64,000 bases of DNA from Hormiphora californensis (Eukaryota; Animalia; Ctenophora), in contig CM035351.1 in assembly GCA_020137815.1 (NCBI GenBank), positions 4,464,001-4,528,000 of the forward strand, read 5' to 3'. The notes under the pieces were generated by a model. The model was given only the letters and a program-made list of their open reading frames with translations. It was not told the DNA's origin and did no database searches. Positions 46,434-60,500 of this stretch are shown here, one piece after another. Position 1 is the stretch's first letter. Every line of letters starts with the position of its first letter. The translations under genes were made by a program, and so were the position numbers.

Positions 46434-48574
46434 TTAAGTTCTGATAAATCTGGTACACTTGTCACCTCCCTTCTCCTTCTTCCCCTCCAGTTTCGCTATA
46501 CGGCTACCAAACTGTATTGCTCGCTTTGGGAGGATACTACAGCTGTTCAGACCATATGAAGCAGCCAGTTTTCTTAGAATTAACTTTTCGCCAACACCTC
46601 TCTCTTTGGTAAAATCAACCTGGCGGAATATTGTTATTGGACGGGTTGTTTCTCTATTAAAAAGGAGGGTGAGATATTAGAAAATAGAAGACCTTGATCG
46701 GCGTTTGGACATGCTAGTATATTTTTCTTCTCATGATTGCGAAGACAAATAACAAAGCTTGTTTCTTTTTACCTTGTTCTGTATTGGAAGCTGATTCACG
46801 AAGCTCACAAAATCCTCATCCAAAAAAGGGGCCACTGAATCCCTTCCATGATCCCCAACCACCCTATTATCACGTCCTAAATTCCTCTCTGAGATCCTAT
46901 TTATATCCAGTGATATCTCCGACAAGACCCCCTCCCAACTACCCCTCTCCCAGGCCGATCTGTGGCGAGAGTACCCTCCCAGTAATTCATCTGCTCCGAT
47001 ACCCGAGAAGAGGAGACGTGCTGTACTGTATAACACATGGTGATGATTCTCTCTAGAAGGGGTAGAGGTGCCAGCACCACGAGCAGCGAACCACAGCGCA
47101 CACCCAATACTATCATCCAGGACTGTACTGTGTGGGTAAACGAGACCTGAGGGGAATTTTCATAGTAAAAGTGGTTTTATCTGTCACAGAGTGACCATGT
47201 TGCTGATCTAGTCTAGTATCCCCTTACCAGTGATATGCTTTTCTCGGGCCTTCTGGAGTTCATTCTTTGACACATCAATCTCAATCAAGTTCCATTGTCG
47301 ATCAGGACAGACTCTCTGTAAGTCCTCCAAAGAGCCCCGTGCAGAGATTCGATCAGGGGTTAGGGTGTTACCGAAGGAGACGTTTAGTAAATCTATTGGC
47401 TCATCTTTTGGTGCTGAACTGAAAATTTTGAAGTCGTAAAATTATTTGAACCGTTCGTCTAGTTTTCAACAAAATGGGCAGCACGGAGACAGTATGAACA
47501 TTGAACAGTCCAAGAAATAATTGAGCTGTGTTTGTACTAAACAAAACTCACATGTCGAGTAAGTAAGCTAGGACGGTGCAATCTAAACCGCCACTAAACA
47601 GTACTGCCACACGGGCTCCTGAGGGCTCCATAACAATCCCTGTATCACTATCACAGTGCCTCTCAGCATATCTATTCTCTATCTCCTGTGGTATGTGATT
47701 TGTTAGCGTTGTTGTATTCTCTGTTCACGGTTGAAAACTAGGTTCTAATGGATAAAGATATGCTAACAACAAACCTCATTGAATTGCAAGGGTGATGAAC
47801 AGCAATCATTCCTTTTCTGGACACTCTTTAGAAGATGATCGTGAAACTGTTCAATAGTTTCATTCCAGTTGTCCAAATCAAGTGTTGGTGAAACTGTTAG
47901 ATTTAGACCACAGACCCCCATGTTTAGATCGCGACCTGGAGATTGTTATATCATTAGGTAAGTCTTGAACTAAAATGTGAATTTAATTCACTTTTAGTTT
48001 ATAAATTATATTTACCCATTCGAAAGTCAAAATCTTTAAAAGATTCCCTGCAGAAAGTTTCAGCAATGGTCGCTCTATCAGAGTAAGGATAACATTCCAG
48101 AGATTCTTTAGTTACCCGGAATAATCCACAAGCCGGAACTTCCTTCCATTCACCCTCGGAACCTGCCACAGAACTTAGAACAAAGCCGTCCCCCGAGAAA
48201 GAAATAAGAAGAGATCGGCGCCCGAAGTAGTCACGCCAAAACCAGAGTGTGTTTTGATCTTCTTGATACAAGATAACTGCAGCGGGGCCTCTACAGCTAG
48301 CTGCCACATCCACAGGACCTTTCTCACAGATCTGGTCGAGCAGATATGACGTATCGTTCGTGTATGAATTTGGAATACCAAACAATTGTCCGTTAAAAAC
48401 TAGGTGGTTTCCAGATTTTTGCAATGGTTGTTTTCCCGTTCCTTGGACGTGTAGAACATATGAACTAAGTGTCACGGGACCACATGTCACGGACCCCTGA
48501 TGATCCGGTCCACGGTTTAGGAGTCTTTTAGAAGGATTTCTGGTACACCGGTATGTGCAATGGATACCACACAT
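46434..48574 (-). CDS. ASNSD1: Asparagine synthetase domain-containing protein 1, multi-exon
   Basis: N-terminal MCGI, RGPD, RDYFGRRSLL, VLFSGGLDCTVL, SGIGADELLGGYSRH, RNLGRDNRV and LPKRAIQFGSRIAK. Confidence 0.93.
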
Positions 48575-48916
48575 TGTAACATACACGAAACTAAGCAGTA
48601 GAATGTATTTCAGGCCAGACAGAAGTAATAATTGCCAATTGGCAGAAAACTGAAAAGTGATCTTTTAAAAAAATGTCCAAAAGTGAATTCACAAATTTCG
48701 CAATTTTCGTTTTTTGGCGCGCGCTGCTTTGTCTACTGGACTTTTTTTTGCGATGCAAGTTTGCGCCGCGCAACTAGTTGGTTCAATTTGAAATCGTGCG
48801 TCATTTTTTTTTCTGTGGACAGTGGAGCAAAACTTTTGAGTTTATACTAATCTTTGATATTTCCCCGGGGATCTTCATCTGTTTTCATGTAAATCACTTC
48901 TCTAGGGGTTCTAGGA
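48575..48916. promoter_or_regulatory. Candidate bidirectional promoter
   Basis: 342-bp gap between divergent start codons; contains E2F-like TTTGGCGCGC and TTTGCGCCGCG sequences. Confidence 0.5.
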
Positions 48917-51900
48917 ATGTCAGCGTCATCGTCACTGGTTTCAGTGACCGACGAGACGCCTAGAACGGTCAGTAAAGTTACGCTGGACAAACTCAAACAG
49001 TGTCCCGGCTTTGTGGACGTAGATCCAAGGCTACTACAGCAGTTTGCCGAATCGATAACAACCAAAAATGATGTCGGGTACTTTCTCAAAGACATTTCCT
49101 GTCAAACAGAGGAGTCGTCCATTACAGATCTCAACAACATGATTAAAATTATACAGGTATGAAATAACAGCCCATTTACTAGTAATTTTGCAAATTAATG
49201 TCAGTTGATAAGTGTTGCACTATTGAGAACTGAGCTTTTGCTTTTTCAGAATTTGCTAAAAGAAATAGCTGTGGTTAAGAGAAACCTGTTGTTTGCAAAG
49301 CAATTGCTACACGCTGATTATGATGCTAAAATTGGCGGTCGGGCGATGGACCTTTACTGTTCCATCAACGACAGGTTCGAGTTTTTTATTATCATTTATA
49401 GCTGGTTGACGGTCGTGTAATTTATTGGTCAGATAATCGATCTGACATGACACGGGTAGCTGAACCACAGTGTTCTCGAAAGCTTCTGTCAATTTTTTTG
49501 ATTTAGTACCATTATATCGTTGTCTATCTTGGTAATGACACGGGTGTTTTGTGCAGGTTGAACGAGCTAGAGAAACTTTACGAAGATAAAATCAAGATAG
49601 CTCGAAGAAGTTTTAAGACTCAGCTGGCGGATGCGTGTAAAAAGATAGCTGGAGATTATAAACAATATTATGCCAAGTTGTTGGCACTTGAAACCGGTCA
49701 GAGTGGGTCCATTTTACAGGATCTGAAGGATACTATCTCCAAACAGGTATACCTCATTTCTAGTGTTTCATGGTAAATAGAAATGCTGCTATAGTTCACC
49801 TCAATTTGTTAAATAAATTCGCACACTGCCAGGCCAAGATGTTAAAGATACAGGAGCAAAATCTCAGTGCCCTCCGAAGTCAACTAGCTGACGCTGAGAC
49901 AAGGATAAATGTTGATGCAGCACTGACTTACGAAGACAGTGATGACGGATTAAAGGCTGATACCCCTCCCCCACCTCCTGAACCTGACTTTCTCTCAAAC
50001 ACCATCGACCCTGATGAGCACAAAAAGGTACAAAATACAAGAGTTAATTAAAGTAATTTAAAATTGACCAAAGTCTTATTATTATTCACCATTTCCTATC
50101 ATATATCCAGGTCATTGAGGAGAAAGAGAAACTAACGAAACGATGCAATGCCCTGGGTGACGAAGTCTTGGATTGCAATGGGAAGATAAAGCGGCTGGAA
50201 GCCCGGTTAAAACTAGTCCGGGACGAAGGGGAACAGGACAAGATTGGACTGGAGGACCAGGTCAAGAAGTTGAAGGAGGAAGTGGACACATTGAAGGATG
50301 AAAATGAGAAGCTGGTGATAAAGAGTCAGCAGGTTAAAAAGGTGGCATTTATCCAGGAGAAGTCACCTACACCACCCGTTACACCTGCACCTGCCAAGGC
50401 TGTGGTGGTGCCTGAGGGAAGCAACAAGAGTAGTGCTGAGGTAAATAGTCAACAATTACAGGCCATTTTTAACAAAGTCTTGTTCCATCTCTAGTAATAA
50501 TTCTTATTCCCGTTTTAGATTTTAGAAATTTTATTATTCCCGTTTCAGATTGATGCACTGATTAAGGAGGAAGTGCAGAAGGTCCGAACTGAGCTGATGA
50601 TCAAATTCAAAAATGAGAACGAAGAGCTTCTCTCTAAAAATAGGTAGGGTAGCCACTGGCTATTTGAAACGCCTGCCAATGTGAAACAGTGTCTGACTAT
50701 TTGAAACGCATGGTCTGGCTATTTGAAACGTAGTGCCGCGTATGTAGTAGCTTGTCTTGGGAGATGCATAGCAAACAGTAGGTACTCATGCCGTTGTTTT
50801 AAATTCTGGAATAGAAACAATCCTTGTGTTTAAACAAAAAATTCAAAGATTTCCTCTTTATTTCAAAAAATGAAAATTGAGAAACTTAGATATAATTATA
50901 AATAGCTTTTTTAAACCTCTGGGCTCTGTCTCAGATCGGAAAAGTGTTCTAATTAAGCATAATTGGGTCTTATTTACCCCATTTACAACTTTTCACCTGG
51001 AAATGATTTATACTTATGTGAGGGCACTTTTCCGACTAATTTTGATACGCTGAATCACGTAAGCAACCTTTCCAATCCCTCAGAGGTCGGGAAAATGCCT
51101 TAATTGAGCAATTAAGGTCAATTAGACCCAATTATACTCAATTAGGGCACTTTATCGACCTCATACGGATTGGAAAAGTTGCTTACGTGATTCAGCGTAT
51201 CGAAATTAGTAGTCGGGTTCAGTGGTTTTCGCTATGTTATGAGCTGCAGAGCAAGCGAGTCTGGTAACTTGAAACACTGCGGAGGGCTATTTGAAACACT
51301 TTTCTCCAAATCCGCTGTCGGAAATTTTTGATGTTCATTTTGGGCATAGGGAGGATATGAATTATGAGTTTAGCCATTTCCGCCAAAAATTGGCCGAATT
51401 TGGGGCAAAAACTGTTTTCCTGGCTATTTGAAACAATTTTTGGAAACATTCATTGCACCAAGCACATGCAAACAAATTCAGATTTCAGACATGGAATGGC
51501 TCTGCACAACCCTTTTCTAACTATTCCATGTCAAAAATTTCGGTTTCGTGGAAAAATTGAGGGAGATACGGGTGTTTCAAATTAGCAGACCGAGGCGGGC
51601 TATCTGAAACACCAAATTTGGATAGATATCACGTGACCCTGGCCCCGGAAGACAAAATGAGACATCTCCAACCACCCAAAAAACTACCCAGGGACTGTCT
51701 CGGTAACACAAGGTCAAAAAAATTTGGGTTCGACTTGATTTGTGGGCAGGCAAGGGAAAAAAGTGAAAAACTGTTTCAAATATAGCCAGTGGCTACCCTA
51801 TCGTCTGGGTGACTACCACATGTCTGTTTTGAACATGTCTGTTTGCAAGGATTTGTTTCGGGTTTCCTGGTTTATCACATTCATCTCTGCAAATTCTACT

Positions 51901-53170
51901 CATTTTAACATTTGCACACATCTCGAATAACACCCCGAACCCAAACAGACAGGCGCTAATTGCAGAACAGGAGAAGAGAGCACATGTAGAGAAGATTCTC
52001 CAATCTCAACAGGACATGAGTAACAGAGATACTGGTGCACAGACTCTCAGACATCTCCAGAAACTAGAGGTAAATGTTGTTGTGAGTCTTACTTGCCCTG
52101 TTTGAACAAAACAATTGTTGTGGATCGTATTGTAGATGTCGCTGTTGCCAACTGTTGACATACACATCGGTAGATCTGGAACTTTTGATCACCTACCCCT
52201 TTCACACCAAGCCAAACAGGAATATAGAAGTGAAACCTGTCAGTGAACTGTATCGTTATCAATCCCATTTGCTGACAGCTTGTCATCCACTGAAACGTCT
52301 TCCTACCTGTCATCTTGTCCCTCCTTCTATAGTTCTCCCTCTCACCCTCCCAGCTCCATCTCACCCTCCCTCTCCCTTTATCTTTCCATTTCTCACTCTA
52401 CTGTTGTCACACAGGAGGAGCAGAGAACAGAGATAGCCCGACTAAACAAGGAACTGGACAGGACCACCCTTATTTACGAGAAGAAGCTGTCTGTCCTTCA
52501 CAATACTATGATCAATTTGAAGAATGAGGTTTGTGTTGTCTCAGTGTGCATTAACTATTCATTTTTTAGTGTTTATTTGTTTAAGTATTGTGAATTTAAT
52601 GTGGTTCCCCGGTTCTCATAGAGTTTACTTTCCCGATCCCCCAGTTTCTCTACATAATCCTCCTTCTAGTGCCTCCCTAATATCCCCCTTCTAGTGTCTC
52701 TCTCCCTAATATCCCCCTCCCCCAGGTGTTTATGAGGAACCTCCTGCACCGACAAGCAGCACAACTCCATCATGCTACCCTGACATACAGTACTGACTCT
52801 CCTGTCAGTTACATGGGATCACATGAGCATGGCCACAAGAGGTTCCCTGAAAGACATGCTCCACTCCGATCAATCCATCCCAACCGACCACCTACTGTTT
52901 TTACTGAGGTAAGGACTTTAGGCTGTGTGTAACCAGTGGTTACTACGTGGTTACTAACCAGTGGTTACTACATGGTTGGTGGCTACTAACCACACCATAC
53001 ATTTTAGGATGGGAGTGAGGACAAGGCATTGAGTACATTCCTTACAGAACACACTACCGACCAATTCCCCTCCGATCTCAATATCAGTTCTGTCGTCAAA
53101 TAAAGATTTGGGAGACAATTCAGCCCCAGGCTTTGTCACCGACCATCTAGAGAGACTGTTCAGATTTTAG
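48917..53170 (+). CDS. C10orf67: Coiled-coil protein, C10orf67-like (DUF4709 + DUF4724), multi-exon
   Basis: VGYFLKDISCQTE...AKQLLHADYDAKI...INDRL...RRSFKTQLADA resembles DUF4709; YEKKLSVL...LKNEVFMRNLLHRQAA resembles DUF4724 (both recognised from memory). Confidence 0.72.
50647..51798. mobile_element. Non-autonomous DNA transposon at the start of an intron
   Basis: TA-GGGTAGCCACTGGCTA ... TAGCCAGTGGCTACCC-TA; recurring internal GCTATTTGAAAC motif. Confidence 0.8.
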
Positions 53171-53477
53171 ATAGACACATGTTTTACATGCAAAGATTAT
53201 ATAGCAGAATGAGTGTACACATGTACAAAATGAAGACACATATTTTACACCCCCTCCAACTCCTGTACATAACACATGTTACCAGTTGTATATATAATAT
53301 TTTAACGTCATACTGTACATAACTCTGTAAGAAAGTAGTTTGATTTGAATATGATGTCCACTGTCCAGTTTTTCATTTCTCTCTCCCCCCCCCCCCCGTG
53401 TACCTTTTACGTGTCAAGATTGAGACAGCTGTAACACCTGTGTTTTTGTGTAGGATGGAGATAGAGGTAGCTGTGTA

Positions 53478-56197
53478 ATGTCGAGGGATGACGAGGGTGG
53501 AGAGGAGGGGAGGTTGGTGGCACTCATTGACATGGACTGCTTCTATGTCCAGGTACAGATGCAATAGGGAGCCATGTTCCACTACCTCACACACACAGAC
53601 AGTCAAATTGTACCCTTATCGCAAATCTTCCATTTCTCCTCTCCTTGTCTTTTCTTTCTCCTCTCCTTGTCTTTTCTTTCTCCTCGTTTCCCATTTCTCA
53701 TCTTCTCTGTCTCCTAATAAATGCCACAGCTGCAACCTATATTCACCATGTCTAACTGTGCCCCACTAACACCCTCTCAACCGGTAACAGTAGTTTAGAT
53801 ATAATCATAGCTCACCTCAAGAGAGACAGCCCCGCCCAATAGTTTAAACTAACACACCCTATTCTAAAGTAACACATACCACCCCTGTCCCCGATCCTGC
53901 CCGATAACTACTTAATATACATCTCACACCTTCCCTAACCCATTCCAACTAACACTCCCCTACCCCAGGTGTTTGTCAGATCTCAGCCAGAGCTAAAGGG
54001 CAAGCCCGTAGCGGTGTTACAGTATAGCAATGCTATCGATGGTGGTAGCAGTGCTATAGCGGTGAGTTACGAGGCCCGGGCGCTAGGTGTGAAGAGAGGG
54101 ATGAGGAAGAAAGAGATAAAGGAGATAAGCGGGGATGTGGTTTGTGTGGTGATGCCAAATCATCGGGACAAAGCTGACCTTACGATGTTCAGGTATTCTC
54201 TTGGTAACGAAATTACCCCTCCCTTGCCAGGGCGTGAAGGTCGTTACGGGTTATTTCGTAACTAGGGTAATCTCGTGAAATGTTTGGAGATGGACAAGGG
54301 AATGAATAATAACAAACTTTCCCTTTTTCAAAACAGTCAGAGTTACTAATGAACTATTTTGTATTTTGTTTCCACTTTCGTGTAACAAATTGACTAAAAT
54401 AATATAAATATTTGTACCAAACTGAAAGTGAATACTTCTTCAGGTCAGCTAGCAGTGAAGTAATGGCAATCTTAGCTGAACATGCCACGATCTTCGAAAG
54501 GGCGAGCATTGATGAAGCATACATAGACATCACCGCAAATGTGAAGAAAATGATAGGTAAGTTGGAGGAAAGTCACCTCTCTAGAGGGCTTCGTTTTGCC
54601 GGGCGGGAGTTGTAAGGGTGACTGCGTCACCAACTCTACCTGCTGATCACCAGATTTGTTTCTTCTGCTTGGTACACACAATTATTGTGTCACCCATTTC
54701 CTAGAACCCTCAATAATACCTCACTACATCTTTCCCCCGCTCAGGTTTACCAATAAACAAGGACAAGTTGTGCAGGACGTATATCGCTGGAAGTACCGCG
54801 GATACCCAGCAACAAGACCAACTTCTCCAATGGTCGGAACACATCTCCGGTTTATCCCACCATGCGTACGATTACAAACTGACCCTGGCCGCCCTCCACG
54901 TCCAGATGATCAGATCTAAGATTCTCTCCGAGACACAGTTCACATGTTCCGCGGGTGTGGGTGCGAATAAGATTGTGGCAAAACTGGCAGCGGGCACCCA
55001 CAAACCGGACGCCCAGACAATCATACCTCCAGATAACATTGCCGCTCTGTACGAGACAATAAACTTTACTAAAATTAGGAATTTTGGTGGGAAACTAGGG
55101 AAAGTAATGCAGGAGGAGTTAGGGATTAATAAAGCCAGTGAGCTAGTTAAGTTTACTCAGGCTGATTTGGTATCGAGATACGGGGATAAAACGGGTAACT
55201 GGATATACCACATAGCACGGGGCAGGGACTCAGATCCAGTGAAACATCGAGCTATGGTGAAACAAAGTGCCTGCTCAAAGAACTTCCCGCAGGGCATCAA
55301 AAAAGCTGATGAGCTGAAGAAATGGTTAACGGGCCTATCGGAAGAGCTGGAAGAACGGTTAGCGTTTGAGTTATCTGATAACAAACGAGTTGCAACCCAG
55401 TTTACTGTTGGAATGCGGCTGAAATCAGCCGGTTCGACATCTGTCCAGATGCCCCTGACCACAAGTGCAAGTGACCACATCATGAATTGTGCGGAGCGGT
55501 GCCTCAAGAAGAGAGGTGTATCCTGGACCGATGAGGGGGATGGTGTTCTCGCAGACCCCATTTACATGGTGTCCCTGTGTGCCGGGAGGTTTGTGGCGGC
55601 ACCGGAACCCGGGGGAAGTAACATCTACAACATGCTGAAAAACATGGAAATTCAGAAGGGAGGAGCATCCCCGTCTGAGAAGGTGGTCAGTACGAACAGT
55701 TCTAAGGGGAAGGAAAGGATGGGCAAGGAAAATATCCCAAATAACAGTCTCGCTGGATTCTTTACCCCGCAGCCATGCAGTACTACCCAAATTAGAACAC
55801 CACCATCAGGAGTTGCCTCAGTACCTGCCGCCAGCAAGTCTGCTGTCTGGAATCACACTGTCTGAGGAAGACACCCAAATAATGTTGGAGACAAAAAACA
55901 AGAAACCTGCCTACGGAGAAACTGTTTACATTACAAACTGACAAAACTAAGTGTCCACAGTGTGGTAAAACTGTTTTAGAATCGAAACTCGCAGAGCACC
56001 TAGATTTTCATGTGGCACGGGATCTTCAACGGCAGATAGAGAGTGAACTGAGGAGGGAAGATCCGGCTAGCAATCGAAGTCCGGCAATTCCGGGGATAAA
56101 ACGGAAAGTTCCCCAAATTAGGCAAACTGCCAAAAAACAGAAACTCGTTGCCTCACCTTCCAGCAAGAGCATTGCTTCGTTTTTTAAGAAAACTTGA
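53478..56197 (+). CDS. POLH: DNA polymerase eta (Y family)
   Basis: LVALIDMDCFYVQ, PVAVLQY, IAVSYEARALGVKRGM, ERASIDEAYID, TCSAGVGANKIVAKLA, UBZ CPQC...EHLDFHVARDLQ and C-terminal PIP box SIASFF. Confidence 0.93.
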
Positions 56198-56319
56198 TCT
56201 GACACGAGTGTTTTCTGTCGATGTGTGATAAACAATATACTGGACAGAGTTTTAATGATTTGTTTTAACGAGACGTATTTGTGACATCGCCCTCTCTGAT
56301 TATTTACATGTGTTTGCCA

Positions 56320-57125
56320 CGCCCAACAAAATCCTCCGTTTTTACTTGCTATCTTACCCCGACCCCGCCGACTCAACCCATCAACAAAATCCTCCGTTTT
56401 TACTTGCGATTTTACCTCGACCCCGCCGACTCAACCCCTTATTTCGCACATGCATATGTGGGTCCCCAGTCACATATATTGTTATGTAGGAGTGTGAGTG
56501 TAGACGACACACAGACTCAGAAACTGGTGTGTGTATGTGTGTGTGTTGTGCATGCCACACAGTATAATGCAAGGTCCGGATCGTCTTTTCGCATGGAATT
56601 TAATGATTTGATTTGTACACCGGTGTATGTACTGCACCGAGATATGGGGGACCGGATATAAATCCTGTACACACACTGAGAGAGGGAAGGTCCCCCCATT
56701 GAGTGTGTGCTTTTTTTTGGGGGGCATTAAGCTGAAGCGTACCAAGTCTCATACCACCCGGGTATAGACGGCATAGCCTGGAACCCTCCGTACGAACTCC
56801 CTTGAAAATTCAAGGGAGAGCAGTGCACATTGGAGGGCCCCTCGCTTGTCGTATGTCTGTCTTGGTCAGTCATTTAGATAGATAAAAACTGATCATAATA
56901 ATATATAGATTTCAATGATTACGCAAGCTCTATCCTATAAAGTTACAGGGTGTGGAACAAGGTATCGTTTTGCCTTTGAGAGTTTCTTGAGTTTAGTTTG
57001 TTCTGGATTCTGGAACAAGGTAACGTTTTGCCTTTGTGAGTGTCTTGAGTTTAGTTTGGTATGGAACAAGGTAACGTTTTGAGTGTGTGTGAGTGTCTTG
57101 TGTGAGTGTCTTGTGTTTGGGTCTG
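56320..57125. repeat. Repeat-rich segment with short tandem duplications
   Basis: CAACAAAATCCTCCGTTTTTACTTGC twice; GGAACAAGGTA(A/T)CGTTTTG three times; 56641-56710 recurs at 63571-63640. Confidence 0.7.
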
Positions 57126-57599
57126 GCATCCCGATGTATACCGTGTTTTGAGTGGCCAATTACTTTCAAACATAAACTTTACACAATCTGTGAACAGACA
57201 ATACGAACAGGTGAACTTACAGAATTTTGATGGATGATTGGTACCGTGATGTTGTTGGTGATGAGAATGGAGATGAGAGTTGTATCCATTTCCGTTAGAG
57301 ATAAAGATAAACGAGAACAATCAAATACACATAAGGGGTATGACAGATTGCAGGACCACTAGGATGTAAAATGTGCTAGAAGACAAGACGGGCTGGGCGA
57401 AAAATTATGTTCGACGTTAGCGCCCGATTGGTGCGGTATCGCCAACAAGCTCCTACTATATTGGACTACCTTGCCGACAAGTGCTCACGGGTAGCAGGGT
57501 ATGACATATTGCTGGAACATGGTATGTGAGGCAGATTTTAGAAGAAGGTGAGGAGAAAGAATATTTGAGTTCGTACAACGCGACGGTGGTAAGTACCCA

Positions 57600-60500
57600 A
57601 AAATCGGCCTTTAATATTGGATTAGGTGGGGATCAATGAATTTCTTGCTCACTGGTAGCGAGAGTTATTAACTCGTCTGATTATATGAACGTAATAGCAG
57701 TTTCTTGATTCTTTAGTGGCCAAGACAGCACTAGGTTTCTCGACAGCCTGCACAAATAAATTCGATGGTTTGTACTATTATTGTCTTGTTTCTTCTCCGA
57801 GTTGATATCACCAGTTCGTCATGCGACGAATAAGCAGTTTATCATTTAGCTGTGGCTCAGCACAGCCAACAATTTTACCTGGATCCAATATAAAGTTTAT
57901 CGGTGACTGCATTCATCCTCTGTCTTTGTTCGCTAACACAACCAGTGTTTCAGGCGAGAATTGTTACAGTTATATCATTTGCTGGTTCGGGTAAGACTGG
58001 TACACCACGAAACATTGTACGGCTTGATGACCAAGAATTGAAAGCAGCTATCATTTTTTCCACTGCAGGTCTAAGCACATCAAACACTTTAGTCAGTGTA
58101 TCACTGTACAAAAGTGGGTTAAGTACAGAGTTAATGGTAGGATGTTGAGGAGAAGACCTGGTACCACGATGACATATCGACAACCTCAGCCGTATGGAGG
58201 GCACAACAAATCAGGAAAGGTAGCCAGCAACAAAGGTCCGTTACACACACCAAGGTGACTTTGCGACCGAGTCTACTGTTTATGCGTCGGTTAACCCCAG
58301 GCACCTCACTTTATTCGAAAAACTACGATTAAGATATGACACACCGCAACGGACACAAAGCAGAGGAAGTGAAGGCTGATATAGAAACAGACAAAGACAA
58401 CCTGGGGATCATCGGAGAGGACAAAGAACTAAAATACAAACTGGATCGTTACCGTAAAATGACACCTTTTTACCAGAAACAGCGCCAAATTCGCAGAAAA
58501 CATTTCGGCGAACATATTCCTTGTATTGTATTCCAGGAAATATCGGCCTTCCGTCGGGATCGTAGTGTACCTTGCCGTTGTAACCATACACAATCTGCAG
58601 AATCGTGTCTTATCCACCGTGCCAAGGAAGAGTGCTATATCTCTAGGGAATACAAGACCGTTTACACAACCAGTCCTCCAGAGTATCAGAAAGAGGCACT
58701 AACGCAAAAACGAGAGCAATGAGCATAATGGACAATAAGCATAGAATAACTTTAAGTCGAAGCTCCTTTGAGACATCGTCAGACTGTCTGCAACGAAGAG
58801 CTCGTCTTGTACCATAAAGCCGGTAAACGCTTATACCCGCCATGGCTAAGGAGGAAACAGTCGCTCCGATCGTGTTAAGTACACCTATGAAGTTGCAAGA
58901 CCTTCCACTCATCCACTCCAAACGCTTAACACAGAAATCCGTGTTTTTCATCCAATGTACAGTTATCAAGCTTAGCAGATAGCATGGGGTAAAAAGATCT
59001 CCAGAGGAGATTGCAAGTACAAATACATGGTTCACAAAGGCCCCGCTTTTCTCAGGGAGTTTCTGGAGAGATGTTTTCACGAAGGCTGGAAGTCCTATAA
59101 CGAGTCCCAGGACTCCCATGAAAAATCCTATCACAGCCATTGTATGATCTTCAACTACCTTTCTGCTGCAGCTACTATTGCACTCATCAGAAAAGTCCTT
59201 GCAGTCAGTTTTTCCATCGCATTTCTGGCTCAGAGGTAAGAATGAGGAATTATCAGCACACTGAAAATTGCTGGCACACCCGGCATCCTCATCAGACCTG
59301 TCCCCACAGTCATCAACCAAATCACACACTCTTTCAAAGAGAATACATTTTCTATTTTTGCACACGAACACGTTGTTATGAAACGCAGTTTTATGTCGGA
59401 AAACCGATGTCACAACACTTAGCTTTGTGTTAAGCGAGTTAACTGCAATCGGGAGATTGTGACAGGAATTATGTAGTACCGGTCTGTTCAAAGGGCATGC
59501 AGCATTTTTACATAGTCCAGTACAGCGTAAAAGACATACGCCTCACCGTAAAAGTATCTGCATCTTGTTTCGGTACAACGTGACAAGGGATGTTGTGAGG
59601 TTTTTCCCGAAGAATTGGTGAAATGAATGGTTGAATTTTCGTTCTGAACACTGCTCCTTCATATGAAGGAGCAACGACGATAGACCTTTGTTACATACAC
59701 TTCCAATCGAAACTCATTTCCAAATGCATTTGCGGTTGAAGATCGGAAAGGGTTTTCTTTAGATTTACCCTTCTTCTTGCGCTCTGACAGGCCCCATCGT
59801 CACACGTATTTATCGAAGAACACATGGTGGAAGTTTCCAGGAATTCTGAATGGTTACCATGACACAAAAACACGTTAGAGCATGGTGCCGTATCCACCTT
59901 AATCCTCAGAGTGGTGCCATTGCCACATTTTTCCCAATCACGTTTTTCGTCGATGCCGCTCTCACAATCGACTACCCCATCTTGGATCCAATCCACCGGA
60001 ACTCGATAAAATTTCCAAATCGCCTTTGACAAGTGTGAGTGGTAAGTTTACCAATTCCACAGAACATTTTACCCTATCCATGCACCTGCACAATCCTCCG
60101 TACCATCACAAAGCCTATGCTTATGAATGAAGCAGTACCGACAACCCTGACACACTTCAACTCTATCCCATCATCACATAATTGTGGAGATGTATTGCCA
60201 TCACAGATCACATAGATGGAAATTGTGCTGGGATAACCGTTCACCAGACAGCTGCCCCCAACTTTGGCTGGATCGGTGCAATTAGTTTGGTCCATTCCAG
60301 TATTAATGCAATAGGTTGACTTTCGAACCGAGAAAACATTGTTATTTCGACCCTTGATAGTCAAAAAACATCTTGAACCGTTATACAAGGGAAATTTGCT
60401 GCCAGGTGCTGTTATATAAATGTCATTTGCTTGACAAAGTGGTGCATCTTGATCCCAAGGAAGGAAGGTCCCTTCTTTCGGCATTCCTTGGAACGGTATG

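Noticed and set aside
48591-48773. 60-aa ORF upstream of ASNSD1 as an ASDURF-like uORF
   Set aside because: Non-ATG start, no coiled-coil or prefoldin character, and it lies in the AT-rich promoter gap.
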